Assembly (NCBI GenBank): GCA_964351535.1 | Contig: CAYGPA010000001.1 | Location: 21,454 to 67,310, forward strand | DNA from: an uncultured Planctomycetaceae bacterium | GTDB taxonomy: Bacteria > Planctomycetota > UBA1135 > GCA-002686595 | Reading direction: 5' to 3' | DNA: 45,857 bases | In this document: piece by piece, positions 9,107-18,011 of the stretch | Numbering within the stretch: the first letter of the stretch is position 1 | Layout: the number at the start of each line of letters is the position of its first letter | Made by a program: the position numbers and the translations under genes | Notes under the pieces: generated by a model | Seen by the model: only the letters and a program-made list of their open reading frames with translations | Databases searched by the model: none | Told to the model about the DNA's origin: nothing

Positions 9107-10825
9107 GTGCTCTTCCCGTTCCTCCTCACCGCGCTCGCTGCGCACGCCCTCCTCGAAGACCCCGCGCCCGCCGCGGAGCCTTTGTTCGAGGAGGTGCCCG
9201 ACGCCCTGCCGGGCGTGCGCACGACCTGCGGCTCGGCCGAGAAGGACTTCATTCTCGAGGTCAACGGCGGCGGGCTGGCGCTGGCGGACTTCGATGGCGA
9301 CGGGGACGTCGACCTCGTCGTGGTCGACGGCTCCACGATCGAACGCGTGCGCGCGGACGAGCCGGGCCCGCCGCCGCGCCTGTTCCTCAACGACGGCTCG
9401 GGCCGCTTCGAGGCCGCCGGCGAGGCCTGGGCCATGCGCGGCGGCCGCTGGGGCATGGGCTGCGCCGTCGGCGACGTGAACGGCGACCGCCGCCCCGACC
9501 TGGTCGTGACGGAGTGGGGACCCGACCGGCTCTTCCTGAACCGCGAGGGCGCGGGGTTCGAGGAGGTCGCCGATCCCGGGTTCGCGGGCTCGGACTGGAG
9601 CACGAGCGCGGCCTTCGGCGACTTCGACGGCGACGGCGTCCTGGACCTCGTCGTGGCCGGCTACCTGGAGTTCGACCTCGCGGAGATCGCGCCGCGCGGC
9701 GCGGGCGGCTGCACGTGGAAGGGGCACGCGGTGATGTGCGGGCCCGAGGGCCTGACGCCCGTCCACGACCGCCTGTACTTCGGCCTGAGCGTGGGAGCAG
9801 GAGACGCCGCGCGCGGAGCCGGGCGCTTCCGCGACGTCACGCTCGCCCAGGGCTTCCGGCCGCGCATCGGCGACCGCCCGGCCCCGCCCGGCTTCGGCCT
9901 GGGCGTGACGACCCTCGACTTCGACGTCGACGGCCACACCGACGTCTACGTCGCGAACGACTCGACGCCCAACCACCTGTGGCGCAACGAGGGCGACGGC
10001 ACGTTCACGGAGGTCGGCTTCCGCCGCGGCGTCAGCCACGACGCGGGCGGCAAGGAGCAGGCCGGCATGGGCATCGCGTGCGGAGACGTGAACGGCGACG
10101 GAAGGCCGGACCTCTTCGTGACCAACTTCTCGGGCGACAGCAACGCGCTCTACGCGTCGCGCGGCGCACGCGACTACCGCGAGCGCTCGGCGCCCACGGG
10201 TCTGGGCGGTCCGAGCATGCGGTTTCTCGGCTGGGGCACGTCGCTGCTCGACGCGGACCTCGACGGCGACCTCGACCTGATCGTCGCGAACGGGCACGTC
10301 TATCCGCAGGCGGACCTGCCCGGGACCGACACGAGCTATGCGCAGCCCGACCAGCTCTACCGCAACGACGGGGCCGGACGGTTCCGCCCCGAGCCGCTCG
10401 CGGCGGGTCCCGACCGCGTCAGCCGCGCCGCGGCCTGCGCGGACCTGGACGGCGACGGCGACCTCGACGTCGTCTCGATCGAGCTCGACGGCGAGGTGCG
10501 CGTCTTGCGCAACACCGCGCGAGGGAGCGCGGCATCCGAGGCCGCCGGCGCTCCCCACTGGATCGCCGTCGAGCTCGCGGGGCGCGGCGCGAACACCTTC
10601 GGTCTCGGAGCGCGCATCGAGGCGCGCTGGAAGGGAGGCACCGGAAGCGCCGAGATCCGCACGGCCGGCGGCTTCCAGTCGGCGGTTCCACCGGTCGCGC
10701 ACTTCGGCCTGGGGGACGCGGAGCGCCTCGAGGTGCTGCGCGTGCGCTGGCCCTCGGGGGCGGTGCAGACGCTCGAGCGCGTCGACGCGGACCGCACCCT
10801 GCGCCTCGAGGAGCCCGCCCCGTGA
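9107..10825 (+). CDS. CRTAC1-family protein (FG-GAP/VCBS repeats plus ASPIC/UnbV domain)
   Basis: FG-GAP-type repeats 'FDGDGDVDLVVVDG', 'GDVNGDRRPDLVVTEWG', 'GDFDGDGVLDLVVAGY', 'CGDVNGDGRPDLFVTNFSG', 'DADLDGDLDLIVANGH', 'DLDGDGDLDVVSIE'. UnbV-like end 'GLGARIEARWKGGTGSAEIRTAGGFQSAVPPVAHFGLGDAERLEVLRVRWPSG'. The start is uncertain. GTG 9107 gives the hydrophobic N-terminus 'VLFPFLLTALAAHA'. ATG 8960 is the alternative, but the stretch between them has lower third-position GC. Confidence 0.85.
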   Translation: MLFPFLLTALAAHALLEDPAPAAEPLFEEVPDALPGVRTTCGSAEKDFILEVNGGGLALADFDGDGDVDLVVVDGSTIERVRADEPGPPPRLFLNDGSGRFEAAGEAWAMRGGRWGMGCAVGDVNGDRRPDLVVTEWGPDRLFLNREGAGFEEVADPGFAGSDWSTSAAFGDFDGDGVLDLVVAGYLEFDLAEIAPRGAGGCTWKGHAVMCGPEGLTPVHDRLYFGLSVGAGDAARGAGRFRDVTLAQGFRPRIGDRPAPPGFGLGVTTLDFDVDGHTDVYVANDSTPNHLWRNEGDGTFTEVGFRRGVSHDAGGKEQAGMGIACGDVNGDGRPDLFVTNFSGDSNALYASRGARDYRERSAPTGLGGPSMRFLGWGTSLLDADLDGDLDLIVANGHVYPQADLPGTDTSYAQPDQLYRNDGAGRFRPEPLAAGPDRVSRAAACADLDGDGDLDVVSIELDGEVRVLRNTARGSAASEAAGAPHWIAVELAGRGANTFGLGARIEARWKGGTGSAEIRTAGGFQSAVPPVAHFGLGDAERLEVLRVRWPSGAVQTLERVDADRTLRLEEPAP

Positions 10826-11994
10826 CGCGCTGGCTCGTCGCCGCGATCCTGGGCTGCGCCGCCGCCGTCGCCGCGCCGCCGAGCGCGCAGGTCCCGGACG
10901 CGGACCTCGAGCGCCTGCGAGCCTACGCCGCCGATCCGCGCACCCTGCCGGAAGCCCCTCCCGAGCGGTGGAGCACCTGGTCCCCGGCCACGCCCGTTCC
11001 CGACGAGCTGCAGGCGTCGATGGAGCTCGCCGTGCGCGCCTACGTGGCCACGGACTACCCGACGGCCCTCGCGCTCTCGCTCGGGATCCTCGCGCGCGAG
11101 CCCGACTTCCCGCCGTCGCTCTACCAGGCCGGCGTCGTCTACTTCCGGCTGCGCCGCTACGGCGACGCGCGCGTCCTGCTCGAGCGCTTCCTGCGCGCCG
11201 CGCCGCTGCAGGTCGGGTCGACCCAGGCGCTCGGACACTGCCTGTACTCCGTCGGCGAGTACGAGGCGGCGCGGGCGCACTACGAGCGCGTGCTGGCCGC
11301 GGCGCCCGCGAGCGTCGAGGCGCGTCGCGGACACGGGCTCGCGCTGCTGCGGCTCGGCGACCTCGAGGGTGCGCTGGCCGAGCTCGACCGCGTGCTGGAG
11401 GCGCGCCCCGACCACGTCGACGCCCTGGCCTGGAAGGCGTCGGTGCTGCGCGACCTCGACCGCTCGGAGGAAGGGCTCGCGGCCGCGGAGCGCGCGCGCG
11501 CCCTCGCCCCGTTCGATCCGCGGCCGTGCTTCCTCGCCGCGCAGCTCCTGGCCGACCTCGGACGCGAGGAGGAAGCCGCCGCGGCCCACGCGCGCTTCTC
11601 CGAGCTCGACCGCGTCGCGCAGCTCGTCGCCGCCGAGGAGGGCCGCCTGCTGGCCGAGCCGCGCGACCTGGACGGCCACGCGCGCCTGATCGAGCTGCAT
11701 CGCGAACGGGGCGACGCGACCGCCGCGCGCGCGGCGCTGGAGCGCCTGCTGCGCCTGGCCCCCGGCGATCCACGCGCGCTGGTGCTGGCCGTCGACACGC
11801 TGACGGCCCAGGGCGATGCCGTCGCCGCACGGCGCGCCGCCGACGAGCTGGCGCGCTGCGCCGGGCGCTCCCCGGAGGCCTGGCGCCGGCTCGCGGCCTA
11901 CTACGACACGACCGGAGAGGAGGCGCGCGCGCGCCGCGCACGCACGCGGCTGAGCGAACTCGAACCCGAGCCGAAGGAACTCGACGACGGTTGA
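10822..11994 (+). CDS. Secreted TPR-repeat protein, translationally coupled to the CRTAC1 gene
   Basis: GTG 10822 overlaps the TGA of the upstream gene (GTGA). N-terminus 'VTRWLVAAILGCAAAVAAPPSAQ'. Several TPR-like units, for example 'YQAGVVYFRLRRYGDARVLLERFLRAAP' and 'GHCLYSVGEYEAARAHYERVLAAAP'. The gene is the 3' part of the artefactual 1716-aa track ORF 6844..11994. Confidence 0.8.
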   Translation: MTRWLVAAILGCAAAVAAPPSAQVPDADLERLRAYAADPRTLPEAPPERWSTWSPATPVPDELQASMELAVRAYVATDYPTALALSLGILAREPDFPPSLYQAGVVYFRLRRYGDARVLLERFLRAAPLQVGSTQALGHCLYSVGEYEAARAHYERVLAAAPASVEARRGHGLALLRLGDLEGALAELDRVLEARPDHVDALAWKASVLRDLDRSEEGLAAAERARALAPFDPRPCFLAAQLLADLGREEEAAAAHARFSELDRVAQLVAAEEGRLLAEPRDLDGHARLIELHRERGDATAARAALERLLRLAPGDPRALVLAVDTLTAQGDAVAARRAADELARCAGRSPEAWRRLAAYYDTTGEEARARRARTRLSELEPEPKELDDG

Positions 11995-12076
11995 CGAAGC
12001 GCGCGCGGCCTTCCCACTGCCCCGACAGGCTCCTGGCCCGAACGATTCACGAGCACGCAGCCGAAACGACACAATC

Positions 12077-12093
12077 GGCGGCCTTTGGCCGCC
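12077..12093 (+). terminator. Short GC hairpin GGCGGCC-TTT-GGCCGCC downstream of the TPR gene (weak terminator candidate)
   Basis: Perfect 7-bp stem with a 3-nt loop, 83 nt after the stop at 11994. There is no clear T-tract. Confidence 0.3.
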
Positions 12094-12135
12094 TCTCGGC
12101 GCCTGCCCGGGTCCGCCCCACTTCGCGCAGTGCAG

Positions 12136-12175
12136 GCCCGGGTCGGCCCGGCTCGGCCCGGGTCGGCCCGGCTCC
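12136..12175. repeat. 20-nt tandem direct repeat x2 ('gcccgggtcggcccggctcg' / 'gcccgggtcggcccggctcc')
   Basis: Read directly; the copies match at 19 of 20 positions. It ends about 20 nt upstream of ATG 12197. Confidence 0.7.
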
Positions 12176-12196
12176 GGCCGAGGCGCGCGCCGCAGT

Positions 12197-13018
12197 ATGC
12201 TGATCGGCGTGCGCGCCCCGACTTCAAGCCGAGACTCCCGCGCGGCCGCGGCGGGCTGGTGCCTGCGCGTCGGCGTCGCGGTGCAGTGCGGGTCGCTCGC
12301 CTGGCTGGCGCTGCGCCACGGCACGGCCGTCGACACGCTGTTCCTGATGGAGCTCGAGCGCGCCGAGAGCACGGCGCGCGACGCCGACCGGATCCTGGCG
12401 CTGCTCGCGATCCTCGCCGGCGTCGGCGCGCTGGTGCGCCCCTGGCCCAGCGCGGTGCTGAACGCGCTGCTGTTCCTGACGCTCGCGGTCTGCGTGCGCG
12501 TCGTCGGCGGCCGGGCCTTCTCCGAGCTCGCACCCGCGGCGTTCGCGACGCGCTGGCTCGCCCCGCTCGCGCTCCTGCCGCTCGCCGCGCGCTCGCGTCT
12601 CGCACTCTCGCCGGCTCGGCGCCGCTCCGCGGAGTGGGTCCTGCGCGTGGCCGTGGCCACGACCTTCGCCACGCACGGCTGGGAGGCGATCCAGCAGGCC
12701 CCCCACTTCGTGAACCTCTTGATCGGCACGCTGCGGCGCTGGTTCGACACGGCCCCGCCGGAGTCGACGGCGCGCTACGTGCTGTTCGCGATCGGAGCGC
12801 TGGACCTGCTCGTGGCGCTGCTGCTGCTCGTCGCGCGCCGGCCGCTGCTCGCCGGCTGGGCCGTTCTCTGGGGCCTCGCGACCGCGGCCGCGCGCACGGT
12901 GGCCCTGGGGCCGGAGTTCGCCCCGGAGTCGATGATTCGCGCGCAGAATGCCCTCGCACCGCTCGCGCTGTGGTTTCTTTGGCGGGAGCTCCGCCGCGAC
13001 GACGCTCCTCCAGCCTGA
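12197..13018 (+). CDS. Hypothetical polytopic membrane protein
   Basis: Third-position GC is high in this frame. Several hydrophobic segments: 'ILALLAILAGVGALV', 'VLNALLFLTLAVCVRVV', 'YVLFAIGALDLLVALLLLVA', 'LLAGWAVLWGLATAAA'. I recognise no family. Confidence 0.6.
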   Translation: MLIGVRAPTSSRDSRAAAAGWCLRVGVAVQCGSLAWLALRHGTAVDTLFLMELERAESTARDADRILALLAILAGVGALVRPWPSAVLNALLFLTLAVCVRVVGGRAFSELAPAAFATRWLAPLALLPLAARSRLALSPARRRSAEWVLRVAVATTFATHGWEAIQQAPHFVNLLIGTLRRWFDTAPPESTARYVLFAIGALDLLVALLLLVARRPLLAGWAVLWGLATAAARTVALGPEFAPESMIRAQNALAPLALWFLWRELRRDDAPPA

Positions 13019-13027
13019 GGCTTCGAC

Positions 13028-14812
13028 ATGTTCCTCCTGCTCCTGACTCTCTGCCTCGCCTCCGCCGCGGCCTCCGAGGGCGACTCCGCCTTCGCCGACC
13101 GCTTCACGCCCCTCGCGGGCACGCAGCCGGCGCAGTGGCGCGTCGTCTGGACCCACGATCCCGCGACGGAGGCCACGATCTCGTGGTCGACGGCGGAGCC
13201 CGGAACCCGCCACCGCGTCGTGTACGAGGCCGCGTCGACCTCCGGCGGAGAAGCGGCGCGACCGTTCGCGGAGGAGCAGCCCACCCACCGCGACGGACCG
13301 TACAGCCGGAACGGACACGACGAGGGCCCGGGCGCCACCTTCCACCACGCCCGACTCACCGGGCTCGAGCCGTCGACGACCTACCGCTTCCGGCTGGAGT
13401 CGGACGGCGTGCTCTCGCGCGTCCTGCACTTCGAGACGGCGCCCGTGGACGAGCGCCCGTTCTCGCTGCTGGTCGGAGGCGACTCGCGCTCGGGCTGGGA
13501 GGCCCGCTGCCAGATGAACACCTCCATCGCCGAGTTCGCGGAGACGCACGAGGACGTGCTGGCCTTCTCGCACGGCGGCGACTACGTCATGTACGGCGAC
13601 TCCTGGGACCAGTGGAGCAAGTGGCTCACGCACAACGAGCTCGCGACGACGAGCGACGGCCGCGTGCTCCCGATCGTGCCGACGCGCGGCAACCACGACT
13701 TCGGCGCGCTGTTCGGCGAGGTGTTCGACGACCCCGGTGAGCGGGGTCAGGCCTACTACCGGACGCAGCTCTCTCCGCTCGCGTCGCTGGTCACGCTGAA
13801 CTCGAACATCGCGGTCGCCGGCGACCAGCTGACGTGGCTCGACGGCGAGCTGGAGGCGGCGCGCGCGGACTCGCGCTGGCTGCTGGTCAGCTACCACCAC
13901 CCCCTCTACCCCGCCGTGAAGTCGCCGGGCGACGCGCGCGCGTTCTGGCCGCCGCTGTTCGACGAGCACGGCGTCGACGTCGCGCTGGAGTCCGACGGGC
14001 ACGCCATCAAGCGCACGGTGCCGATCCGCGCGGACGAGGCGCATCCCGACGGCGTGGTCTACCTCGGCGAGGGCGGGCTCGGGGTTCCGCAGCGGACTCC
14101 GCGCACGTCGCCCTGGTACCTGCAACCCCCGGGACTCGTCACGAACGGGCACCACGTCATCCGCGTCGACTTCGGGCCGGAGCGGCTCCGCACGCGGATC
14201 CTGCGCATGGCCGCCGCGCACGAGCTGCTCGTGCCGCAGAACTTCCGCCAGGTGATCCCGCCCCACGGCCGCTGGCGGTTCCTGGCCGGAGCCGAGCCTC
14301 CCGCGGGGTGGATGCAGCCCGGGTTCGACACCTCGGACTGGCGCGAGGGCCCGGCGGGCTTCGGCTACGGCGACGACGACGACACGACGATCCTCGACGA
14401 CATGCGCGGCAACTACACGCGCCTGTACGTCCGCAAGACCTTCGACGGCGAGGATCCCGCGCTGGAGGGCGACGACCCGCTGACGCTGATGTGCCGCTAC
14501 GACGACGGGTTCATCGCCTACCTGAACGGCGTCGAGGTCGCTCGCGGCGGCATCGAGCCGCCGGAGGATCCGGGCGACGATCCGCGCGTGCGCGCGAGGG
14601 AAGCGACGCAGGTCGAGGCCTTCCCGCTCGACGGAGCGCGCGAGCAGCTCCGCCCGGGTCCGAACGTCCTGGCGCTCGTCGGCTACAACCGCATGCGCAC
14701 CGACCGGGACTTCACGCTGGACCCGTGGCTGGCCGGCGCGCCGCACGACGGAGCGCTGGCCGGTGGACTGGCCGAGATCGACCTGCACGAGTTCTCGCCG
14801 CGCCCGCGGTAG
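13028..14812 (+). CDS. Secreted purple-acid-phosphatase-like metallophosphoesterase with an extra C-terminal jelly-roll-like module
   Basis: Signal 'MFLLLLTLCLASAAASEG'. Calcineurin-like motifs 'LLVGGDSRSG', 'GGDYVMYGD', 'PTRGNHD', 'LLVSYHHPLYP', 'ESDGHAIKRT'. C-terminal module 'WMQPGFDTSDWREGPAGFGYGDDDDTT...LYVRKTF...LMCRYDDGFIAYLNGVEVAR'. Confidence 0.85.
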   Translation: MFLLLLTLCLASAAASEGDSAFADRFTPLAGTQPAQWRVVWTHDPATEATISWSTAEPGTRHRVVYEAASTSGGEAARPFAEEQPTHRDGPYSRNGHDEGPGATFHHARLTGLEPSTTYRFRLESDGVLSRVLHFETAPVDERPFSLLVGGDSRSGWEARCQMNTSIAEFAETHEDVLAFSHGGDYVMYGDSWDQWSKWLTHNELATTSDGRVLPIVPTRGNHDFGALFGEVFDDPGERGQAYYRTQLSPLASLVTLNSNIAVAGDQLTWLDGELEAARADSRWLLVSYHHPLYPAVKSPGDARAFWPPLFDEHGVDVALESDGHAIKRTVPIRADEAHPDGVVYLGEGGLGVPQRTPRTSPWYLQPPGLVTNGHHVIRVDFGPERLRTRILRMAAAHELLVPQNFRQVIPPHGRWRFLAGAEPPAGWMQPGFDTSDWREGPAGFGYGDDDDTTILDDMRGNYTRLYVRKTFDGEDPALEGDDPLTLMCRYDDGFIAYLNGVEVARGGIEPPEDPGDDPRVRAREATQVEAFPLDGAREQLRPGPNVLALVGYNRMRTDRDFTLDPWLAGAPHDGALAGGLAEIDLHEFSPRPR

Positions 14813-14817
14813 ACGCC

Positions 14818-15378
14818 GTGGACTCCGCGCCCGACGGCCCGGTCCTGCGCACGGAGCGCCTCTCGCTCCGGCGCTTCCGCGTCGACAATGCGCCCTTCCT
14901 GCTCGAGCTCCTGAACGACGACGACTTCCTGCGCTACATCGGCGACCGCGGGGTGCGCACGGAGGAAGAGGCCCGCGAGTACCTCCGGGCCAGGATCCTC
15001 GCGAGCTACGAGGAGGCGGGGATCGGTCACTACCTCGTCCGCGTGGAGGCCGAGGACGCTCCCGCGGGCTCGTGCGGACTCCTGAAGCGGCCGGGGCTCG
15101 CGGACCCCGACATCGGCTTCGCCTTCCTGCCGGCCTTCCGGGGCCGCGGCTACGCCCTCGAGGCCTCCGTGGCCGTGCTCGAGCACGCTCGGCGCGACCT
15201 CGGAATCGCTCGCGTCGTGGCCATCACCGCGCGGGACAACGAGCGCTCCGCGCGCCTGCTCGAGAAGCTCGGCCTGCGCTTCGAGCGCGAACTGCAGCTC
15301 GAGCCGGGCGCCGCGGTGACCCGCCTGTTCGCGACGGACGCGAGTCCGCGCTCGCCGCGCGCGCCCTCCCTCCGGTAG
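14818..15378 (+). CDS. GNAT-family N-acetyltransferase (RimJ/RimL-like)
   Basis: GTG 14818 lies 6 nt after the previous stop. 'LRTERLSLRRFRVDNAPFLLELLNDDDFLRYIGDRGV...IGFAFLPAFRGRGYALEASVAVLEHA...ITARDNERSARLLEKLGLRFE' is typical of RimJ/L-type GNATs. Confidence 0.8.
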   Translation: MDSAPDGPVLRTERLSLRRFRVDNAPFLLELLNDDDFLRYIGDRGVRTEEEAREYLRARILASYEEAGIGHYLVRVEAEDAPAGSCGLLKRPGLADPDIGFAFLPAFRGRGYALEASVAVLEHARRDLGIARVVAITARDNERSARLLEKLGLRFERELQLEPGAAVTRLFATDASPRSPRAPSLR

Positions 15379-15389
15379 AGTTCGCGCCC

Positions 15390-17528
15390 ATGCCGGCCCG
15401 CTTCGTCCTCGGTCTGAACCAGTACACGCACTCCGCGGCCGCGGCGCTGCTGGACGAGCGCGGCCGGATCGTGCACGCGCTCGCCAAGGAACGCGTGACG
15501 CGCAAGAAGCACGACGGCGGCGACACGTCCGCGGTGGTCGAGGCGCTGCTGGAGCAAGCGGGCGTGGGCGCCGACCAGCTCGAGCTCGTCGTCGCCAACT
15601 GCCACCTCTTCCGCATTCGCCCGTTCGAACGCGACCTCGCGTGGTCGACGGCGCTGCACCAGGTCCCGCCGACCTACCTGTCCCCGGCGAACCTGCTGCC
15701 GGACGTTCCCAAGCACGAGCTCTCGCACCACCTGGCGCACGCCTGGTCCGTGCTGCCGGAGCTGCCCGCCGAGCGCGGCCTGATCGTCGTCGCCGACGGC
15801 ATCGGCAGCACGTGGGCCGACGTGCAGCGGCGCTCCAGCGGATCGCAGCTGGGCCCCTACACGAGCGACGCGGACCTGCCGCGCTCCGCCGACTTCGTCG
15901 AGGTCCCCGCGAACCTGCCCGGCGACGGCACGTGGCGCGAGGCGGAGAGCGTCTACCGCTTCGACGGCCTGCGGCTCGAGCGTCTGTTCAAGCGCTGGAC
16001 GCGGGAGCACACGCCGGTCCTGCTGCACAACTACGGGTTCGAGAACATGGAGTCGCTCGGCGCGGTCTACTCGCGCGTCGCGAGCCACGTGTTCGGCGAC
16101 TGGAACGTCTGCGGCAAGGTCATGGGGCTCGCCCCGTGGTCCGGGGAGTGGGCCGCGGGCGCGCCGCCGCGCGCGATCCTCTCCGGCTCCCTGGAGAGCC
16201 TCGCGATCGACTGGGAGCGCCTGCGCGCCGAGCCGGCCCCGAACGCGTGGTCCGCGGAGGAGCACCGCGCGAGCCACACCCGGCTCTGCGCGGACGTACA
16301 GCGCGACCTGGAGGAGGTGCTCCTCGAGTTCCTGACGCGCCTGCAGCGCGCGACCGGCGAGACCTGCGTCGCGCTCGTCGGCGGCGTCGCGCTGAACTCG
16401 ACCGCCAACGGCCGCATCGCGCGCGAGGCCGGCTTCGAGCACGTCGTCGTGCCCCCCTGGCCCGGGGACGACGGCGTCGCCCTCGGCTGCGCGCACTTCG
16501 GCCATCACCTGCTGCGCCCCGACGCGCGGCCGCCGCGCGCGCCGACCTCGCCCTATCTGGGCAGCTCCGCGTCGCGCGCGCAGCTCGACGAGGCGCTGGA
16601 CGAGGTGGCCCCGTGGATCGAGTGGAGCGAGTGCGACGGCGCGGGCTGCGCGCCGGATCCCGCGGCGATCGATCCCGCGTGGCTCGGCTCCGCCCGCGGC
16701 CGCATCGAGTGCGCCGCGGACGCGCTGGCGCGCGGCGAGGTCGTCGGATGGTTCCAGGGGCGCAGCGAGTTCGGCCCGCGCGCGCTGGGCCACCGCTCGA
16801 TCCTCGCGACGCCGGCCGACGCGGGGATGGTCGAGCGCATCAACGCGGCCATCAAGAAGCGCGAGGCCTTCCGGCCCTTCGCGCCGACGGTGCTGGCCGA
16901 ACGCGCCGGGGAGTTCTTCGAGGACGTCACGCCGAGCCCGTGGATGTCGCTCACGGTCCGGACGAAGCCCGAGGCGCGCGCGCGCATCCCGGCGGTCGTG
17001 CACGTCGACGGCACCGCGCGCCTGCAGACGCTCGCGCGCGACGACGAGCCGCTCTTCCGCGCGCTGATCGACGCCTTCGCGCAGCGCACGGGCCTGCCGC
17101 TGGTCCTCAACACGTCGCTCAACATGCGCGGGCAGCCGCTGGCGGAGTCGGCCGCGGACGCGCTGGCGCTCTTCCTCGACAGCTCGCTCGACCTGCTCGT
17201 CCTCGAGGACCGCGCCGTGCGCAGGCGGCCGTTCCCGGAGCGCTCCGAGCACGCGACCGCCCTCCCGCGCCCCCACCCGGGCTACAGCGCCGAGGTCGTC
17301 ACGAACGCCGACGGCGACGCCGTGTCCGTCGCGCTCATGGCCCACGGCGACAACTGGACGTCGGACGCGCTGGAGCTGACGGTCCTCGAAGCCTGCACCG
17401 GCGAAATCTCGCTCTCCGACCTCGTGGCGGAGCTCGGCGCGGAGCTCGAGGCCACCCAGGACGAGCTGCTCGAGGTGCTTCGCACGCTCCACGCCCGGCG
17501 CCTCGTGTCCTTCGACGGAGGCTCCTAG
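15390..17528 (+). CDS. NodU/CmcH-family carbamoyltransferase with a PqqD-like C-terminal extension of about 110 aa
   Basis: 'FVLGLNQYTHSAAAALLDERGRIVHALAKERVTRKKHDGG', 'LSHHLAHAWS' and 'GGVALNSTANGRI' match the carbamoyltransferase N-terminal domain. 'EFGPRALGHRSILA...INAAIKKREAFRPFAPTV...VHVDGTARLQT...PLVLNTSLNMRGQPL' matches the C-terminal domain. The tail 'ELTVLEACTGEISLSDLVAELGAELEATQDELLEVLRTLHARRLVSF' looks PqqD-like. Confidence 0.9.
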   Translation: MPARFVLGLNQYTHSAAAALLDERGRIVHALAKERVTRKKHDGGDTSAVVEALLEQAGVGADQLELVVANCHLFRIRPFERDLAWSTALHQVPPTYLSPANLLPDVPKHELSHHLAHAWSVLPELPAERGLIVVADGIGSTWADVQRRSSGSQLGPYTSDADLPRSADFVEVPANLPGDGTWREAESVYRFDGLRLERLFKRWTREHTPVLLHNYGFENMESLGAVYSRVASHVFGDWNVCGKVMGLAPWSGEWAAGAPPRAILSGSLESLAIDWERLRAEPAPNAWSAEEHRASHTRLCADVQRDLEEVLLEFLTRLQRATGETCVALVGGVALNSTANGRIAREAGFEHVVVPPWPGDDGVALGCAHFGHHLLRPDARPPRAPTSPYLGSSASRAQLDEALDEVAPWIEWSECDGAGCAPDPAAIDPAWLGSARGRIECAADALARGEVVGWFQGRSEFGPRALGHRSILATPADAGMVERINAAIKKREAFRPFAPTVLAERAGEFFEDVTPSPWMSLTVRTKPEARARIPAVVHVDGTARLQTLARDDEPLFRALIDAFAQRTGLPLVLNTSLNMRGQPLAESAADALALFLDSSLDLLVLEDRAVRRRPFPERSEHATALPRPHPGYSAEVVTNADGDAVSVALMAHGDNWTSDALELTVLEACTGEISLSDLVAELGAELEATQDELLEVLRTLHARRLVSFDGGS

Positions 17529-17557
17529 CCTGGCTGCGTGCTCATGAACGGTCTGGA

Positions 17558-17935
17558 CTAGTTGCCCTCGACCACGCGCGGTGCGCCGCGCTCGCGCAGC
17601 CAGGTCGCTGCGCGCGCGACGTGGTCGCCCTGCAGCACGAGATCGTCGCCCTGCACGGTCCCCCCGCAGCCGAGGGCGCGCGCGAGCTGCTTGGCCAGGT
17701 CGAGCCGGGCCGCGCCGGCGATGCCCGTGATGCACGTCACGGTCTTGCCCTTCCGCTGCTTGCGCTCGCGACGCACGACGAGCTTGGGGCCGAACGGGCT
17801 CGCCGCGGCTGGAGCACCGTCGCTCGCGGACCCGGACGACGCCGGCTCGGGCGTCTCGCCGGGCGGCAGGCGCCCCCGCAGCCTCGCGAGATCTGCGAGC
17901 GCCTTGTTCTGAAACCCTGCGGGTCGCTCTTCCAC
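17558..17935 (-). CDS. yciH: SUI1/YciH-family translation initiation factor homologue
   Basis: The C-terminus 'RRERKQRKGKTVTCITGIAGAARLDLAKQLARALGCGGTVQGDDLVLQGDHVARAATWLRERG' matches the SUI1 fold pattern. The start is uncertain: GTG at 17935 or TTG at 17950. The upstream part of the 247-aa track ORF is not coding-like. Confidence 0.8.
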   Translation of the reverse strand: MEERPAGFQNKALADLARLRGRLPPGETPEPASSGSASDGAPAAASPFGPKLVVRRERKQRKGKTVTCITGIAGAARLDLAKQLARALGCGGTVQGDDLVLQGDHVARAATWLRERGAPRVVEGN

Positions 17936-18011
17936 GGGCTCATTCTGCAACCGAACCGGGCGGGCGTCGACCGCCTGGCCGGCGCGGAGTCTCCGGCACG
18001 TCGTCCCGAGC

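Noticed and set aside
6844-11994. A 1716-aa ORF on the plus strand. Similar very long ORFs include 1579..4248(-), 9080..11941(-), 10357..12750(-), 12224..14788(-), 15150..17735(-), 19786..22806(-, 5' two-thirds), 25276..27594(-), 29248..32232(+) and 32025..35195(+).
   Set aside because: - Their translations are Arg/Ala/Gly/Pro-rich low complexity with no recognisable motifs.
- They run antisense or out of frame to genes that do have clear family signatures.
- Stop-codon depletion in very GC-rich DNA explains them.
- Only the 3' parts of some are real: the TPR gene at 10822-11994, the sulfatase-like gene at 19786-21189, and the small membrane ORF at 31924-32232.
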